Source: Abditibacterium sp. (lineage in GTDB: Bacteria > Armatimonadota > Abditibacteriia > Abditibacteriales > Abditibacteriaceae). Taken from it: DNA of 64,000 nucleotides. The stretch is taken from contig OZ251992.1 of the NCBI GenBank assembly GCA_965246885.1, positions 2,880,001 to 2,944,000 on the forward strand, in the 5' to 3' direction. The notes below the pieces were generated by a model. The model worked only from the letters and a program-made list of their open reading frames with translations. It ran no database searches and was not told where the DNA came from. Position numbers and translations under genes: made by a program. The stretch's first letter is position 1, and the number at the start of each line of letters is the position of its first letter. Positions 27,636-38,600 of this stretch are shown one piece after another.

Positions 27636-28412
27636 CTATGGTTGTGGCGGAGCGTCCGTCATAGGCGGGTCGGTCGCCGGTGCCTCCGTCGCGGGCGCAT
27701 CGGGTTTAAGGCCGGTCAGTTCGCCGTTTGGCCCGATTTCCACTTGCGCGGGCGGGACGCCCACGAGAGTTTGGAAAAGTTGCGCCGACGTTTGGCGCAT
27801 GGTATCGGCGTCCTTGGTTTTCCCGGCTTTGACGAACTGCTTGGTCAGGGCGGTGTTGAGCGTGGTCGCCATAATCATGGACTCGTAGATTTGCTCTTTC
27901 TGGGCGGGTGGCAGGGTCTTGAACTTCGGCCCCCACACTTTGCCGATCACCGTCGAAAGCGTGCGCGCTGCCGCGAGCGAGGGGGCTTGGGGCGTGTCCA
28001 CTCCGACGGCGTTGTCGTGCAAGTCCAAGAAGACATACGCATAAGCGTTGCCCATATCGCGCGGCGCGAAGCCGAGCTTTTGAAACTGCGCTTCGATTTC
28101 CTTGAGGGCGCCGGGCATTCCGTCTTCGAGAGCTTTGAGCGGCGCACTGGGGCCGGTTTTGGCTTCGACCTTAACGCGCAGTTCGTGGCCTATGGCGCGC
28201 GCCGCTTCGCCGGGATGCACGCGCGGCACGGCGAGGCCCGACGAGAAGCCGCCTTTGGGGGGCGCGACGGCTTTGGGCGGGGGCGCGGCTTCGGCGGCTC
28301 CGGCGATGGCCCCGGCGAAGTCGGACAAGTCGGGCATCCCGCCGCCTTGGGCGCGGGCGGAGGTAACTAATAACAAGGTGCCAAAAGCGGCGAGTTTGGA
28401 TAGGTGTTGCAT
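27636..28412 (-). CDS. Secreted hypothetical protein
   Basis: Signal peptide (ARA-Q), helical domain, Pro-rich tail. Confidence 0.75.
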   Translation of the reverse strand: MQHLSKLAAFGTLLLVTSARAQGGGMPDLSDFAGAIAGAAEAAPPPKAVAPPKGGFSSGLAVPRVHPGEAARAIGHELRVKVEAKTGPSAPLKALEDGMPGALKEIEAQFQKLGFAPRDMGNAYAYVFLDLHDNAVGVDTPQAPSLAAARTLSTVIGKVWGPKFKTLPPAQKEQIYESMIMATTLNTALTKQFVKAGKTKDADTMRQTSAQLFQTLVGVPPAQVEIGPNGELTGLKPDAPATEAPATDPPMTDAPPQP

Positions 28413-28430
28413 GAGTGTGTTTGTCCCGGC

Positions 28431-30122
28431 TTACTTGTCGTCGTCTTTGGACATCGTACTGCCCTCGAAGTAGAGCGACTTTTGCGTTGAATCGAGGAAG
28501 AAAAAGGGCAGGCGGGCTACCTTGCCGTTGTCGTAGCGCAGCGTCAAAACCCAGCCGTTCAAGGAGTAGTCACCCTCGCGCGCGCCGTTGGGGTTCTTGC
28601 GCTTGGTTTCCGAGCCGACGGCGAAGTTGGGGCCGGTGCCGCTTGCGAAGGAGCCGCTATCGTCGTAACCGGAGTTGACGTGCGTCGCATCGTCGCCAAA
28701 GCCGAAGGTGGAACTGGTGCCGCCGTGACTATCTTTGCTGAAACGCCCCGCGCGGTTGAACGACACGCCCCACAGCGCATATGAGGAAGTCATCCCAATG
28801 ACGCCCGAAGAACTGCCCGTGCCCCAACGACCTTGCAACTTCGTTTGCGCGGGCGCGGGCGCAACCCGAAAACCGGGCAGCTTTTCATAGGAGGCGCCGT
28901 TCCACGACACCAGATAGTCGCCTTTGACTCCCTTACGCCAACGGCCCCACTTGTCGGGTTCTTTCTGCTTGGAGCGTTGCACATCCAGTTCGTCGGGCGG
29001 GACGGGCAAGTCGGAGTAAACACTGCCATCCTTAAGCAGCAGGTAGGTGTCGGTTGTGGCGCTTTGCCCGTTGAACTGCGAGTTGCACAAGATGGCGGCA
29101 ATTTGCGCGTTTTGCACGCCCCGGCCCGGCGTGACCACCCACTTGAAGCGGTTTTTCTCGATCTCGGCGGCGGCTTTGACTTCTTTCTCCTGCGCTTTGC
29201 TGACGCGCTTGACGGCGGGGCCAATGTAGGTGAGCGAAGTGATGGCCACGTCAAAGCCCTTGTCTTCGCGCGCGTAGATGGCGGGCTTGCCTTGGGCGTC
29301 GCGGCCATAGTAACAAAAGTCTCCCTCGCCGTTAATGCTAATGCTGGAGTTGCTCATCGAGTACATGTAGCCCACCGCCAACTGCCCGGTGTTGCGGTTG
29401 TAGCCAACGGTGCCGGTTTCCTCGTCGAAGTAGCGGCGCGCCATGTCGCGGTCGTTTTGGTCGCACAAGCGGTATTCGCCGTTGGGGAAGATGTAGAGAT
29501 GGAAGCGGAAGCGTAATTCCTGCCCGACATATTGGTTGCCCGCGTAGACGCCGGGAACCAGTTCGCCGCCGGGGGTCAGGTGCTGAAGCACGCGCGGCGG
29601 CGTGGTGTGCAAGTTGTCGCCTGCTTCGGCTTTGGCGCGCGCGACGAGGGCGGACGTGAGGGCTTTCGATTCGGCGTCGTAGCGCTCGCCCAGCCCGTTT
29701 TGCCCCGACATAAGCGTGCGCATCATGTGGACATTGGCGCCGCCATCGAGCGAGACGCCAATAAAGATAGCGGCGAGTTGAACGCCGCGCGGCCCGTTGA
29801 AAATCCCGGCGCCGGACACGACTTGCCCCTGCGTGGTCTGAATCTTCATCGGCTCCGCGAGTTGCCCCACGCCCTTGCCGACAGGCCCGGCAAAGGCGCG
29901 CAAGTACTCCTCGAGCGTTTTACCGTCGAGGGCCGCCGAATCATAGACGGTAATGGAGTACTTCTCGCCCGCGCGCAAGTCCGGGGGAGAGAAAGCGTGC
30001 GCGCCGCCCGCTTTGGTTTGCTCGATCCACCCGGTGGGCGCCGGGATCGTTATCTGCGCGCGCGACGCGGGACAGCAAAGCGCCACACCGCCTAACACAG
30101 CGAGGAAAGGGATGATTCGCAT
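28431..30122 (-). CDS. Secreted hypothetical multidomain protein
   Basis: Signal peptide from ATG 30122 (SRA-Q); YLLLKDG.VY, GRWR and GDYSLNGWVLTLRYDNG motifs. Confidence 0.8.
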   Translation of the reverse strand: MRIIPFLAVLGGVALCCPASRAQITIPAPTGWIEQTKAGGAHAFSPPDLRAGEKYSITVYDSAALDGKTLEEYLRAFAGPVGKGVGQLAEPMKIQTTQGQVVSGAGIFNGPRGVQLAAIFIGVSLDGGANVHMMRTLMSGQNGLGERYDAESKALTSALVARAKAEAGDNLHTTPPRVLQHLTPGGELVPGVYAGNQYVGQELRFRFHLYIFPNGEYRLCDQNDRDMARRYFDEETGTVGYNRNTGQLAVGYMYSMSNSSISINGEGDFCYYGRDAQGKPAIYAREDKGFDVAITSLTYIGPAVKRVSKAQEKEVKAAAEIEKNRFKWVVTPGRGVQNAQIAAILCNSQFNGQSATTDTYLLLKDGSVYSDLPVPPDELDVQRSKQKEPDKWGRWRKGVKGDYLVSWNGASYEKLPGFRVAPAPAQTKLQGRWGTGSSSGVIGMTSSYALWGVSFNRAGRFSKDSHGGTSSTFGFGDDATHVNSGYDDSGSFASGTGPNFAVGSETKRKNPNGAREGDYSLNGWVLTLRYDNGKVARLPFFFLDSTQKSLYFEGSTMSKDDDK

Positions 30123-30169
30123 AATCCGCTTTTTGAACGCCTTGGCAGTGTAAATGTTCCCCCCCAAAT

Positions 30170-31405
30170 TCAGCGCGCTTCGGGTACCCCGGCAAAGCCG
30201 CCGTCGAAGAAGCGGCGCGCGAACGCGAGCGCCGGGGCGATGGCGGTGATGTGGTTGAGTTTCGTGTTAAATTCGACAAAGGTGCGCACGTTATGCGAGC
30301 CGCGCTTGCCGAACTCGCCCGCCGCGACGCGGGCGTTGTTGGCGACGACGATGCCATCGGAATTGAGCGCCCAGAACACGGTCGGGTTTTTCGGCGCCCA
30401 CGCGAAAGCGTCGTTGCGACGCAGTTCAGCGACGAGCGGCTCGCGCGCGTCGGCGGTCTCCATCGCTCGGTAAAAGCCGGGAGTGAGCACGAGCGCCATC
30501 GAGTTCCGCGCGCGCAGGAGCAGCGCGGTTGCGGCCAAGCGCTTGAGAATGGCGTCGTCGGACAGCTTGCCGGTGAAGTCGCGGTTGACGGCGAAGGCGA
30601 AGCTGGGCTGGAAAAACTCGGTCAGCTTGCGCCTGTGATTCTTCGCCCACGAATAGACCAAGAAGGAGGTTAGATACAAATGGGCGATGAACTGCGCGTT
30701 GTCTGTGGGCAACTCCAATAGCGATTGGCGCGTCACGCCCGACAGATCGTATGGCCCCGACAAAAACGCCGACCGCGCCGCGCCCTGCCCGCGCTCTTGC
30801 AAGCGCCGCGCGCTCCACATCGCAACCGCGCCGCCTTCGGAGTAGCCGCTCACAAACGTCGGCGCGGCCACAACGACGCCCACTTTGCGCGCGACTTCCC
30901 GCGCGGGAGCGAGAAAATCGAGCGCCGCGCGCGAGTTGGTTTCCGAGAACGGATACGGATGCACGCCCGTTCCGGCGTCGTAACCCAAGTAGTCCGGCAT
31001 GGCGAGGGCGTAGCCGCCCGACGCGAACGCGAGCAACGCCGCTTCGGTTTCCGACGGCTTGGCACCCACCGCAAAGCGCGAAGGCACGCCCGCCGCGCTC
31101 ACCGTCGTGCCGTGATGCCACAACACCAACCCGCGCGGCGCCCCCCCACCCGGCAACGCGAGCAACCCAGACACCAGAACGCGCCGTCCGCGCAGATCGG
31201 GCGTGAAGTAGCGCACGCGAAACAGTCGTAGCGCAGCGCGGGGCAACGCCGGAGCCAGCGCGCCGAACACCTGCGGCATCTGCGCCTTCGCGTGCGCGAC
31301 CGAAAAAGTTCCGGCGCTCCCATAGCTGTCGAGGTTCTGCGCGCGGGCAACGGACACGGTGCCCAGCAGAGCGGCGTATATGGCGTATATAAGGAAGCGT
31401 TTCAT
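30170..31405 (-). CDS. Secreted alpha/beta-hydrolase (secretory lipase-like)
   Basis: Signal peptide; HHGT, PDYLG, nucleophile GYSEGG, SGPYDL, late D and H. Confidence 0.85.
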   Translation of the reverse strand: MKRFLIYAIYAALLGTVSVARAQNLDSYGSAGTFSVAHAKAQMPQVFGALAPALPRAALRLFRVRYFTPDLRGRRVLVSGLLALPGGGAPRGLVLWHHGTTVSAAGVPSRFAVGAKPSETEAALLAFASGGYALAMPDYLGYDAGTGVHPYPFSETNSRAALDFLAPAREVARKVGVVVAAPTFVSGYSEGGAVAMWSARRLQERGQGAARSAFLSGPYDLSGVTRQSLLELPTDNAQFIAHLYLTSFLVYSWAKNHRRKLTEFFQPSFAFAVNRDFTGKLSDDAILKRLAATALLLRARNSMALVLTPGFYRAMETADAREPLVAELRRNDAFAWAPKNPTVFWALNSDGIVVANNARVAAGEFGKRGSHNVRTFVEFNTKLNHITAIAPALAFARRFFDGGFAGVPEAR

Positions 31406-31487
31406 CGGGGGAAGTATGTCGGGCTGCCACTTCATCCACGCACTCGTCGCAGGCGGTTCCCGATTTGCCCGCTTCGCGCGGCGCGCT

Positions 31488-31891
31488 ATGAAACCCTTTG
31501 ACACCCTACCCGACGAAGCCGCGCGCCAAATCGTTGTCGGCGGCCTCATAGCAACTAACAACGCGGCGCTCGGCGACAGCGCGCCCGACTTTCAACTGTT
31601 CGTCCGCGATGAAGAGGGCGCGGTGCGCAGGGGCGTGCTGGGCTTCTACGCGGGTGAGTGGGCTTTCATCGAGGTGATTTGGGTCGCGCCCGGACTGCGC
31701 GGGCAAGGCTACGGGTCGCGCCTCTCGCCGAACTGGAAGCGCAAGCACGCGCTCAGGGCTGCAAGGCGCTGTTTCTGGATACCTTCGCCTTTCAAGCGCC
31801 CGACTTCTACCGCAAGTGTGGCTTTGAAGTCGCCCTCGAATTGCCCAACACCGGCGACCTGACGCGCTACTTTCTGCGCAAACCACTATGA
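31488..31891 (+). pseudogene. Frameshifted GNAT acetyltransferase
   Basis: Frame 1 reads ...IWVAPGLRGQGYGSRL; a second frame continues LAELEAQARAQGC...LDTFAFQAPDFY..CGF. One base appears missing near 31722-31726. Confidence 0.8.
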
Positions 31892-32886
31892 GACAAACCA
31901 TCCTCGCCCCCGGCGCCGACTTTTCTCGCTTGCACACCCGCGAACTCGACGCGCCCGCGCCCGGTGTCGGCGAAGTCGCCATCCGCGTGCGCGCTGCCAG
32001 CCTCAACTACCGCGACTTGCTGACAGCGCGCAATGGGCAGATAGAGGGTATCGTGCCGTTGTCCGATGGGGCGGGCGAGGTCATCGAGGTGGGCGTGGGG
32101 GTGTCCGAGTGGGCCATTGGCGACCGCGTGTGCGTCAATTTCTTCCGCGATTGGGTCGGCGGGCGCTTTGCGGCCAAGTATCACGGAGCGGCGCTGGGCG
32201 GCTCGTGCGATGGGATGCTGTCGGAGATCGTGGTGTTCCCGGCGCACTCGCTTGTGCGCATCCCCGACGGCTACAGTTTCGTCGAAGCCGCCACGCTCCC
32301 GTGCGCGGGGCTGACGGCGTGGTGCGCCCTACGGCGCGGCGGGTTCGTCGCGGGCGATAGCGTCTTGCTGCAAGGCACCGGCGGGGTTTCTATTTGGGGC
32401 TTGCAGATTGTAGTCGCGGCAGGAGGCAGCGCCCTTATTTCCAGTTCAAGCGACGAGAAGTTAGAACAAGCGCGCAAGCTGGGCGCGGCGCACACCGTCA
32501 ATTACCGCACCACGCCCGACTGGGACAAAGAAGTCTGGACTTTGACCAACAAGCGCGGCGTTGACCACGTTCTCGAAATCGGCGGCCCCGGCACGCTTGG
32601 CAAGTCGCTCGCGTGCGTGGCGAGCGGCGGGCACATCGCCCAAATCGGCGTCCTGACGGGCTTCGCGGCGCCCGATGCCTCTCTCTTTCCGCTCGTCTCG
32701 AAGAACGCAACGATGAGCGGCATTTACGTTGGCTCGGTCGAAGCGTTCGAGGAGTTCGTGCGCTTCCTCAACGCCACCAAAATCCGCCCCGTCGTGGACA
32801 AGGTATTCCCCTTTGACGAAGCGCGCGCCGCGTACGAGACCCTTGCAAGCGGCGCGCACTTCGGGAAGGTGGTGGTCTCGGTTTAA
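31888..32886 (+). CDS. NAD(P)-dependent alcohol dehydrogenase (MDR family)
   Basis: ASLNYRD, PLSDGAG, LPCAGLTAW, QGTGGVS, HFGKVV. Confidence 0.92.
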   Translation: MRQTILAPGADFSRLHTRELDAPAPGVGEVAIRVRAASLNYRDLLTARNGQIEGIVPLSDGAGEVIEVGVGVSEWAIGDRVCVNFFRDWVGGRFAAKYHGAALGGSCDGMLSEIVVFPAHSLVRIPDGYSFVEAATLPCAGLTAWCALRRGGFVAGDSVLLQGTGGVSIWGLQIVVAAGGSALISSSSDEKLEQARKLGAAHTVNYRTTPDWDKEVWTLTNKRGVDHVLEIGGPGTLGKSLACVASGGHIAQIGVLTGFAAPDASLFPLVSKNATMSGIYVGSVEAFEEFVRFLNATKIRPVVDKVFPFDEARAAYETLASGAHFGKVVVSV

Positions 32887-33492
32887 ATGGACATTGCCCT
32901 CCATCCCGTCGCCCTCGAAAACGAGTGGGTGCGCCTCGAACCACTTCGCGCCGCGCACGTGGAGCCGCTTGCGCGCATCGCTTTTGACCCGCGCGTGTGG
33001 GAGCACCTGCCCATCCGCTTCGAGGAACTGGCCGACGTGGAAACCTTCGTCGCCAACTCCCTCCGGCGCGAGGCGGAGGGCACGGCGCTCCCATTTGCCA
33101 TCGTATCACGTGCCGAAGACCGCGTCGTGGGCACAACCGCGCTCTTTGACTACTCGCCCGACCGCCGCGCCGCCGAGATCGGCTGGACGTGGCACACGCC
33201 CGATGTTTGGGGCACGCCCACCAACCGCGCCGCCAAAGTCCTTCTCCTCGCGCACGCGTTCGAGACGCTCGGTTTGGTGCGCGTTTATTTCAAGACCGAC
33301 ATCCGCAACACGCGCTCGCAGCGCGCCATCGAAAAACTGGGCGCGACCCGCGAGGGCGTTTGGCGCAAGCACATGCAGAGAAACGATGGTAGCTGGCGCG
33401 ACTCGGTGTTCTACTCGGTTCTCGACGACGAATGGCCGCGTGTCAAAGCAGCGCTGCACAGTGGCTTGGAGGATGAGGCGTTCCACTCCTAA
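32887..33492 (+). CDS. RimJ/RimL-family GNAT
   Basis: VRLEPL, EIGWTW, N..AK.LLL.HAFE, N.RSQ.AIEKLGA.REG. Confidence 0.9.
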   Translation: MDIALHPVALENEWVRLEPLRAAHVEPLARIAFDPRVWEHLPIRFEELADVETFVANSLRREAEGTALPFAIVSRAEDRVVGTTALFDYSPDRRAAEIGWTWHTPDVWGTPTNRAAKVLLLAHAFETLGLVRVYFKTDIRNTRSQRAIEKLGATREGVWRKHMQRNDGSWRDSVFYSVLDDEWPRVKAALHSGLEDEAFHS

Positions 33493-34418
33493 CGTGCCTC
33501 ATAAACCTCTTCCAGCAACGCCACAACTTGCGCGCCGTCCTCTGCTTTCCAACGCGCATCGCCATCCTCGAACGCGCGCCACTGCGCGGCGAAACACGCG
33601 GCTTTGTCGTAGGCACCCGCCAAGGTGCGCGGCGCGGCGCCGTGCGGCGTCCAGAGGGTCGCGTGCCAACCGAGTGACATCACCCCGCGCTCGCAGTTGA
33701 TCAGGGCGAACTCGTCGCCGAAGGCGCGCTCCCAAGAAAGGGTGATGCGGACGGAAGCGCCCGCGAGGGACTCAAAGCGCACGCTAATGTCGGTTTCCAC
33801 TTCGCCTTCGGCTTGCCACATCCGAACGCCCACGAAGCGCAGTTCGCCCGCGAGGAAACGCGCCAAGTCGAGCGCGTGCGGGCCGTTGTCCATCCACACG
33901 CCGCCGCCACTGAGCGCGGTGTTCGCGTGCCACGAGCGGCGCCAATCGAAAGGCGCACCGAAGCCGATGGCGAGGCGTTGCAAAGCGCCCGCTTCGCCGC
34001 TCTCAATCAAGGCTTGGGCCGCCAAAACGCCCGCGCAGAAGCGATACTTGGCACTCGTGCGCAAGGTCGCGCCGCGCGCGGTTGCCAGAGCGACGAGGGC
34101 ATGGGCGTCCGCCGCGCGGGTGGCGAGCGGCTTTTCGCACAACACGTCGGCGCCCGCTTCGAGCGCGGCGCAAACGATGGCAAAGTGCGTCGCGGGCGGG
34201 GTGCACACGAGGACAACGGCGGGAGCGCCCGCTTCCAGCAAGGCGGCGGGCGAGTCAAAGAGGGGCGCGGCAATGCCAAATTCGTCGGCCAAGCGCCGCG
34301 CGGCGTCGGGATTGGCGTCGCAGAGTCCCGCCACCGAAGCGGCGCCGACGGCGCGCACATGGGCGCGGGCAACGCCGCCGCAACCGACGAGCGCCACACG
34401 AGGAGGGGAGGAGTTCAT
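33489..34418 (-). CDS. Gfo/Idh/MocA-family oxidoreductase
   Basis: VGCGG, CTPP..H, LCEKP, GGGVWMD.GPH.LD. Confidence 0.9.
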   Translation of the reverse strand: MNSSPPRVALVGCGGVARAHVRAVGAASVAGLCDANPDAARRLADEFGIAAPLFDSPAALLEAGAPAVVLVCTPPATHFAIVCAALEAGADVLCEKPLATRAADAHALVALATARGATLRTSAKYRFCAGVLAAQALIESGEAGALQRLAIGFGAPFDWRRSWHANTALSGGGVWMDNGPHALDLARFLAGELRFVGVRMWQAEGEVETDISVRFESLAGASVRITLSWERAFGDEFALINCERGVMSLGWHATLWTPHGAAPRTLAGAYDKAACFAAQWRAFEDGDARWKAEDGAQVVALLEEVYEAR

Positions 34419-34427
34419 AGCGGCATT

Positions 34428-35627
34428 TCAGGCGCGCACGGCTCCAAGGGTTGCGCGGAGCGCATCGGCGATAAAGGCGACGTGTTCGGGCGTGTAGTTC
34501 TCGTTCCAAGGCAAAACGAGCATGCGGGCGAGGGCCGCATAAGTGCCGGGAAGCGCGTCGGCGGTGGGCCAAACGGCGTCTTGGATGGGGAAGCCCGAAG
34601 CGCCGAGGGTTTGCTTGTCGCGCAACACGGCGCACTCGAAGGCGGGCTTTTGCACGTAGCGCGGCGCGCAGGCGATGCCGTAGCGCTCCTTCAAATGAGC
34701 GCCGATTTGCCGCACGTCAGCGCCCGACTCGGCTTCTTCGATGCGCAGCGTCACCTTCCAAAACACGCTTTCGGCGCGGTCGGGGAGGGTTTGCGGGTAG
34801 ACGCCGCGCAACTCGCTGATGGCACTTAAAAAGGCGCGGGCCGAGCTTTGGCGGTCGCGCACGACGCCCTCGACCCTGTCCAATTGTGCGAGGGCAACGG
34901 CACCCGCCAGTTCCGTCATGCGGTAGTTGGGTGCGGCGAAGTAGTGGTCGGGGTGGGCGTCGCCGTAACCCCACGCCTTATCGTGGAATAATCGCGCGCG
35001 CCGCGCGAGGTCGGCGTTGCGGGTGAGCGTCAGGCCGCCCTCGCCGCACGAGAAGTGCTTGCCCTGCTGAAGGGAAAAGCAGCCGATGTCGCCCCAAGTG
35101 CCCATGCGCCGCCCATCAAAGGTGGCATAGGGCGCTTGGGCGGCGTCCTCGATGAGCCACAAGCTGCGCGCACGGCAAAGAGCGGCGATGGCCTCCATGT
35201 CGCACGGCGCGCCGAACAAGTGCGTGGCGACGACGGCGCGGGTGCGGTCGGAAAGCGCGGCTTCGATGGAAGCCGCCGACACGTTGAAGGTATCGGCGCC
35301 GATATCGGCGAAGAGGGGAACGGCGCCGCAGAACAAAATCGGGGTGAGAGCGCCCATATCAGTGACGGACGTGGTGACGACCTCGTCGCCAACATCCAAG
35401 TCGAGCGCGGCCAAAGCGCAGTGAATGGCGGCGGTTCCGCTCGTGGTCGCCGTGCACACCCAGTTGTCCCCGCCGCCGTAGCGCGTGGCGAACTCGGCTT
35501 CGACGCGCGACACGAAAGTGCCGCGCGTGCAGTTGAGCGTGCCGCTATCCAACACCGCGCGCAAGTTGGCCAGTTCCGCATCGCCAAAGCGCCGCCCCGA
35601 AGCGTCGGCGTCCGTTGGTAAAACCAT
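34428..35627 (-). CDS. DegT/DnrJ/EryC1/StrS sugar aminotransferase
   Basis: SGTAAIH, HLFG, IEDAAQA, FSLQQGKH..CGEGG, NYRMTE. Confidence 0.92.
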   Translation of the reverse strand: MVLPTDADASGRRFGDAELANLRAVLDSGTLNCTRGTFVSRVEAEFATRYGGGDNWVCTATTSGTAAIHCALAALDLDVGDEVVTTSVTDMGALTPILFCGAVPLFADIGADTFNVSAASIEAALSDRTRAVVATHLFGAPCDMEAIAALCRARSLWLIEDAAQAPYATFDGRRMGTWGDIGCFSLQQGKHFSCGEGGLTLTRNADLARRARLFHDKAWGYGDAHPDHYFAAPNYRMTELAGAVALAQLDRVEGVVRDRQSSARAFLSAISELRGVYPQTLPDRAESVFWKVTLRIEEAESGADVRQIGAHLKERYGIACAPRYVQKPAFECAVLRDKQTLGASGFPIQDAVWPTADALPGTYAALARMLVLPWNENYTPEHVAFIADALRATLGAVRA

Positions 35628-35692
35628 GTCTTTAAATGTAATATGAAATTGCGAACCGCGCAAGGGGACGCCGGAAAGAAAAACGCCGCCTG

Positions 35693-38600
35693 CTACCCCC
35701 GAACTTCCCGCACCCAAAAGAACGACAGCGCGCTCCCGTGCAGGGCGCGCACGGCGGGGGTTTGGAAGGTAGAGTCACTGCGCAGGCGCAATGTCGCGCT
35801 TTGCTTGGGGGGCAAAGTCAGGCGCGGCGCTAACACTTCAAAACTTCCGTCCGCCCGCCGCCATGCTGCTTGCGCCACATCGCCGCCATCGAAGCCGACG
35901 GCATCCGGCACGCCCAGCGCCAGCCAAAAACGCTGCACATCGGCGAGTGTCCAGCCGCCCCGCCCCCGCTCGCGGCGCCGCACCAGTTCGCGCGACGGCG
36001 CCTCCCCATCGGGTTCTTTGACGACCAAAACCCACAAGTGGCCCGCGTCGTCCCATCCCGCGCTTGTCCGCGCGGTGTGCATCCAATCCAGCATGGGAAT
36101 GTGCCCCGCCTCCTCCGGTGTCGAGGGAATCGGCGGCGCTTGCGGCGTTTCTCCAAACCAAGGGTAAGGCCGCAGCGCGAGCGGGTGGCCGTCGGTAATC
36201 AGCCCTTGCAGCGTGCCGGTCGCGCAGTCGAAGTCGCGCGCAAGATTGGCAAACGGCGGCTCGTGCTCCAGTTTGAACGTCGGCCCCGCCGCGCCCATCT
36301 TCGCGCCCCACGTCCAACGATGCGTTCTGCCAGAATAGTAAGCGCGGCCCCCCGACACGATGGGCGACAGGTGGAAGGCGCGGTCAGCCGTGCGCGGCTT
36401 GCGATTCAGCAACCCGAAGAACCCGGCGTTCCAGCACGCGACCAACTCGCCGCGCGCGTTCATTCCCCCCGCTTGCGACGCGAAGCCGTTCTGCCAATAA
36501 GCGAAGCGGTTGCGCGGGTGCATGCGGTCGGGCGAGGACTCCACGTCCGCGTCCCACAACCCCAAGCGCAAACGCGGGTTCGCCTTCCAATCGAAGCGCA
36601 ACAGGTCGAGCGTCGTGCCGTCGTCGAGCACCGTCATCCGATGCGTCACGCCGCGCCTGAGCGTTTCGGGCCGCGCGTTTGGCCAAGGCCACACCGTGCC
36701 CTGAGAGGGTGCCACCAGCGCCGCGTAGCGGCGCTTGAGTGTAAACCATCGCCCGCCCATCAGCGCCAGAACAAGAGCAGCCGCGCCCCAAACCAAGCGC
36801 CGCGTCGCGGGTGTCCAAAACGGGCGCCGCGCTCCTTGCACGCGGGCCAGCCCCAAACGCGGCGCGCTCGCCCATGCCAATAGTAGCCCCAACGCGCCGC
36901 CCAATAGCAGCGCCAACAAACTGCGCCAAGTGGCGATATAAAGCGGGTTGTTCGCTTGCGCGAAGGAGTTCACCACGCTAATCTGCCCTATCGCCCCCAA
37001 CGCCAAAAGCGGCCACGCGAGGTGGCGGCGCCGCGTCGGAAGTAGAAGCGCGCCCATCACGAGCGCCGGGTGGCACAGCGAGAACTCCTTGGTGCGCGGA
37101 CGGGCGACGAACAGCGTTTCCAACAGCGCGCGGAATTTCCACTCCAACGCCGACACCGCCACCCCCGAATCGTTGCCCGACCGCGCCAGCCACAGCGCCA
37201 CCACCCCGCCCGCCAACGCCGCCAGCCCAATGTCCCGGAGCGGAAACGCGCGCCGCCCCAACGCTTTCGCCCGTCGCCGCGCCCGTATCCAGCACCGGCG
37301 CGGGTTCGCGCCGGGCCAGAACTCCCCCAACAGCAGTAGTAACACGCCCGCCACCGGCCCGACAGCCGCCGCCTTGGTGCCCCAAAAGTCGGCGACTTTG
37401 CTCCAATACGTCCAATCGTCGAGCGTCGCCGCCACCACTAATCCGCCCGCCAACGAAATCGCTGTCGCGCGCAGCAGCGCGAACCCGGCCATTCTTATCC
37501 CGCCCCGGCGCCCCAAACCACTCCACGCGAGCGCCAATATCGGGAACGTGAGCGATGCGCCCAACGCCAGCACTTGCGCACCGAACCCGGCGAACGGGTG
37601 CAACACCGCCACCAACGCCAACCCAAAGAGCGTCCCATCCCGCACCGCGCGCCCACTCAACGGCACGAACAGGCCGACCAACAATAAGGATGCACCCACG
37701 ACCGCAATCCCGGCCCCAAAGCGCGCCTGACCCGCTTTCTTCTCCGAGCGGTTGCCAACCCCAAAGCGCTTTGCGAGGCCAACCGGCAACGTCGGGCGTC
37801 CCAACACGCGCCAACGGTTCTCGCGCGTTTCGCCCGCCAAGGCCGCCACGAAGTCCCGTTGCTGCGCCCACGAATCGCGCCCAAAGCGCCCGTCCGCATC
37901 CGCCTCGCCGCTTAGCTGACGGGGCAGACGCACCAAATACAAGCGCACGTTGCGCTCGCGCGCGGCCCGCGCGAAGCGGTCAACCATCTCGCCCGGCTCC
38001 AAACGCAACGTGTCAAGCGACGAAACGACGTGCGTCCGCACCACAAAGCCCCGGCTTTCCCGCGCTACAACCGGCGTGCCCCGCGTCGGCTCGCCCTCGA
38101 CCCACGCGAGCGATAGCCGATTTTTCCTCAGGAGGCGCGCGAACTCCGGCAGGAGCGTCGCGTTTCCCGGCGCGGGGTCGCCCGCCACTATAATGCGCGC
38201 CCCGTCGTGCTTCGCGGCTCGGAGCACCGCGTCCAGTCGCGCGGGCGTCAACCCCACCCAGTCGCCCAAACGCGCGAGCGGCTCCATCCCTGCCCCCCGC
38301 ACTTCCCGGAGTGCCAGTGGGTCGAGTCCGACCGGCCATGTTTGCAGCGCGAGGTTGGAACGGACGACGGCAAGCGTGTCCGTTCCCAACGGAACCGGCG
38401 CAAACTCGCCTGTGCCCTCGTTCAGCGATGCCCGCACCCGCTTAAATAAAGCGGCGTCCGGGCAACTAATTACAAAGCAATACGCTGCGGGCAAGTGCGC
38501 CACCTGCGGGAAGAACGGGGCGGCGCCCGCGCGCGACCACAGCGTCAAACGCCCGTCCTCGGCCAAGTCGCGCACGGTTTGCACATCCAGTGTTATTCCC

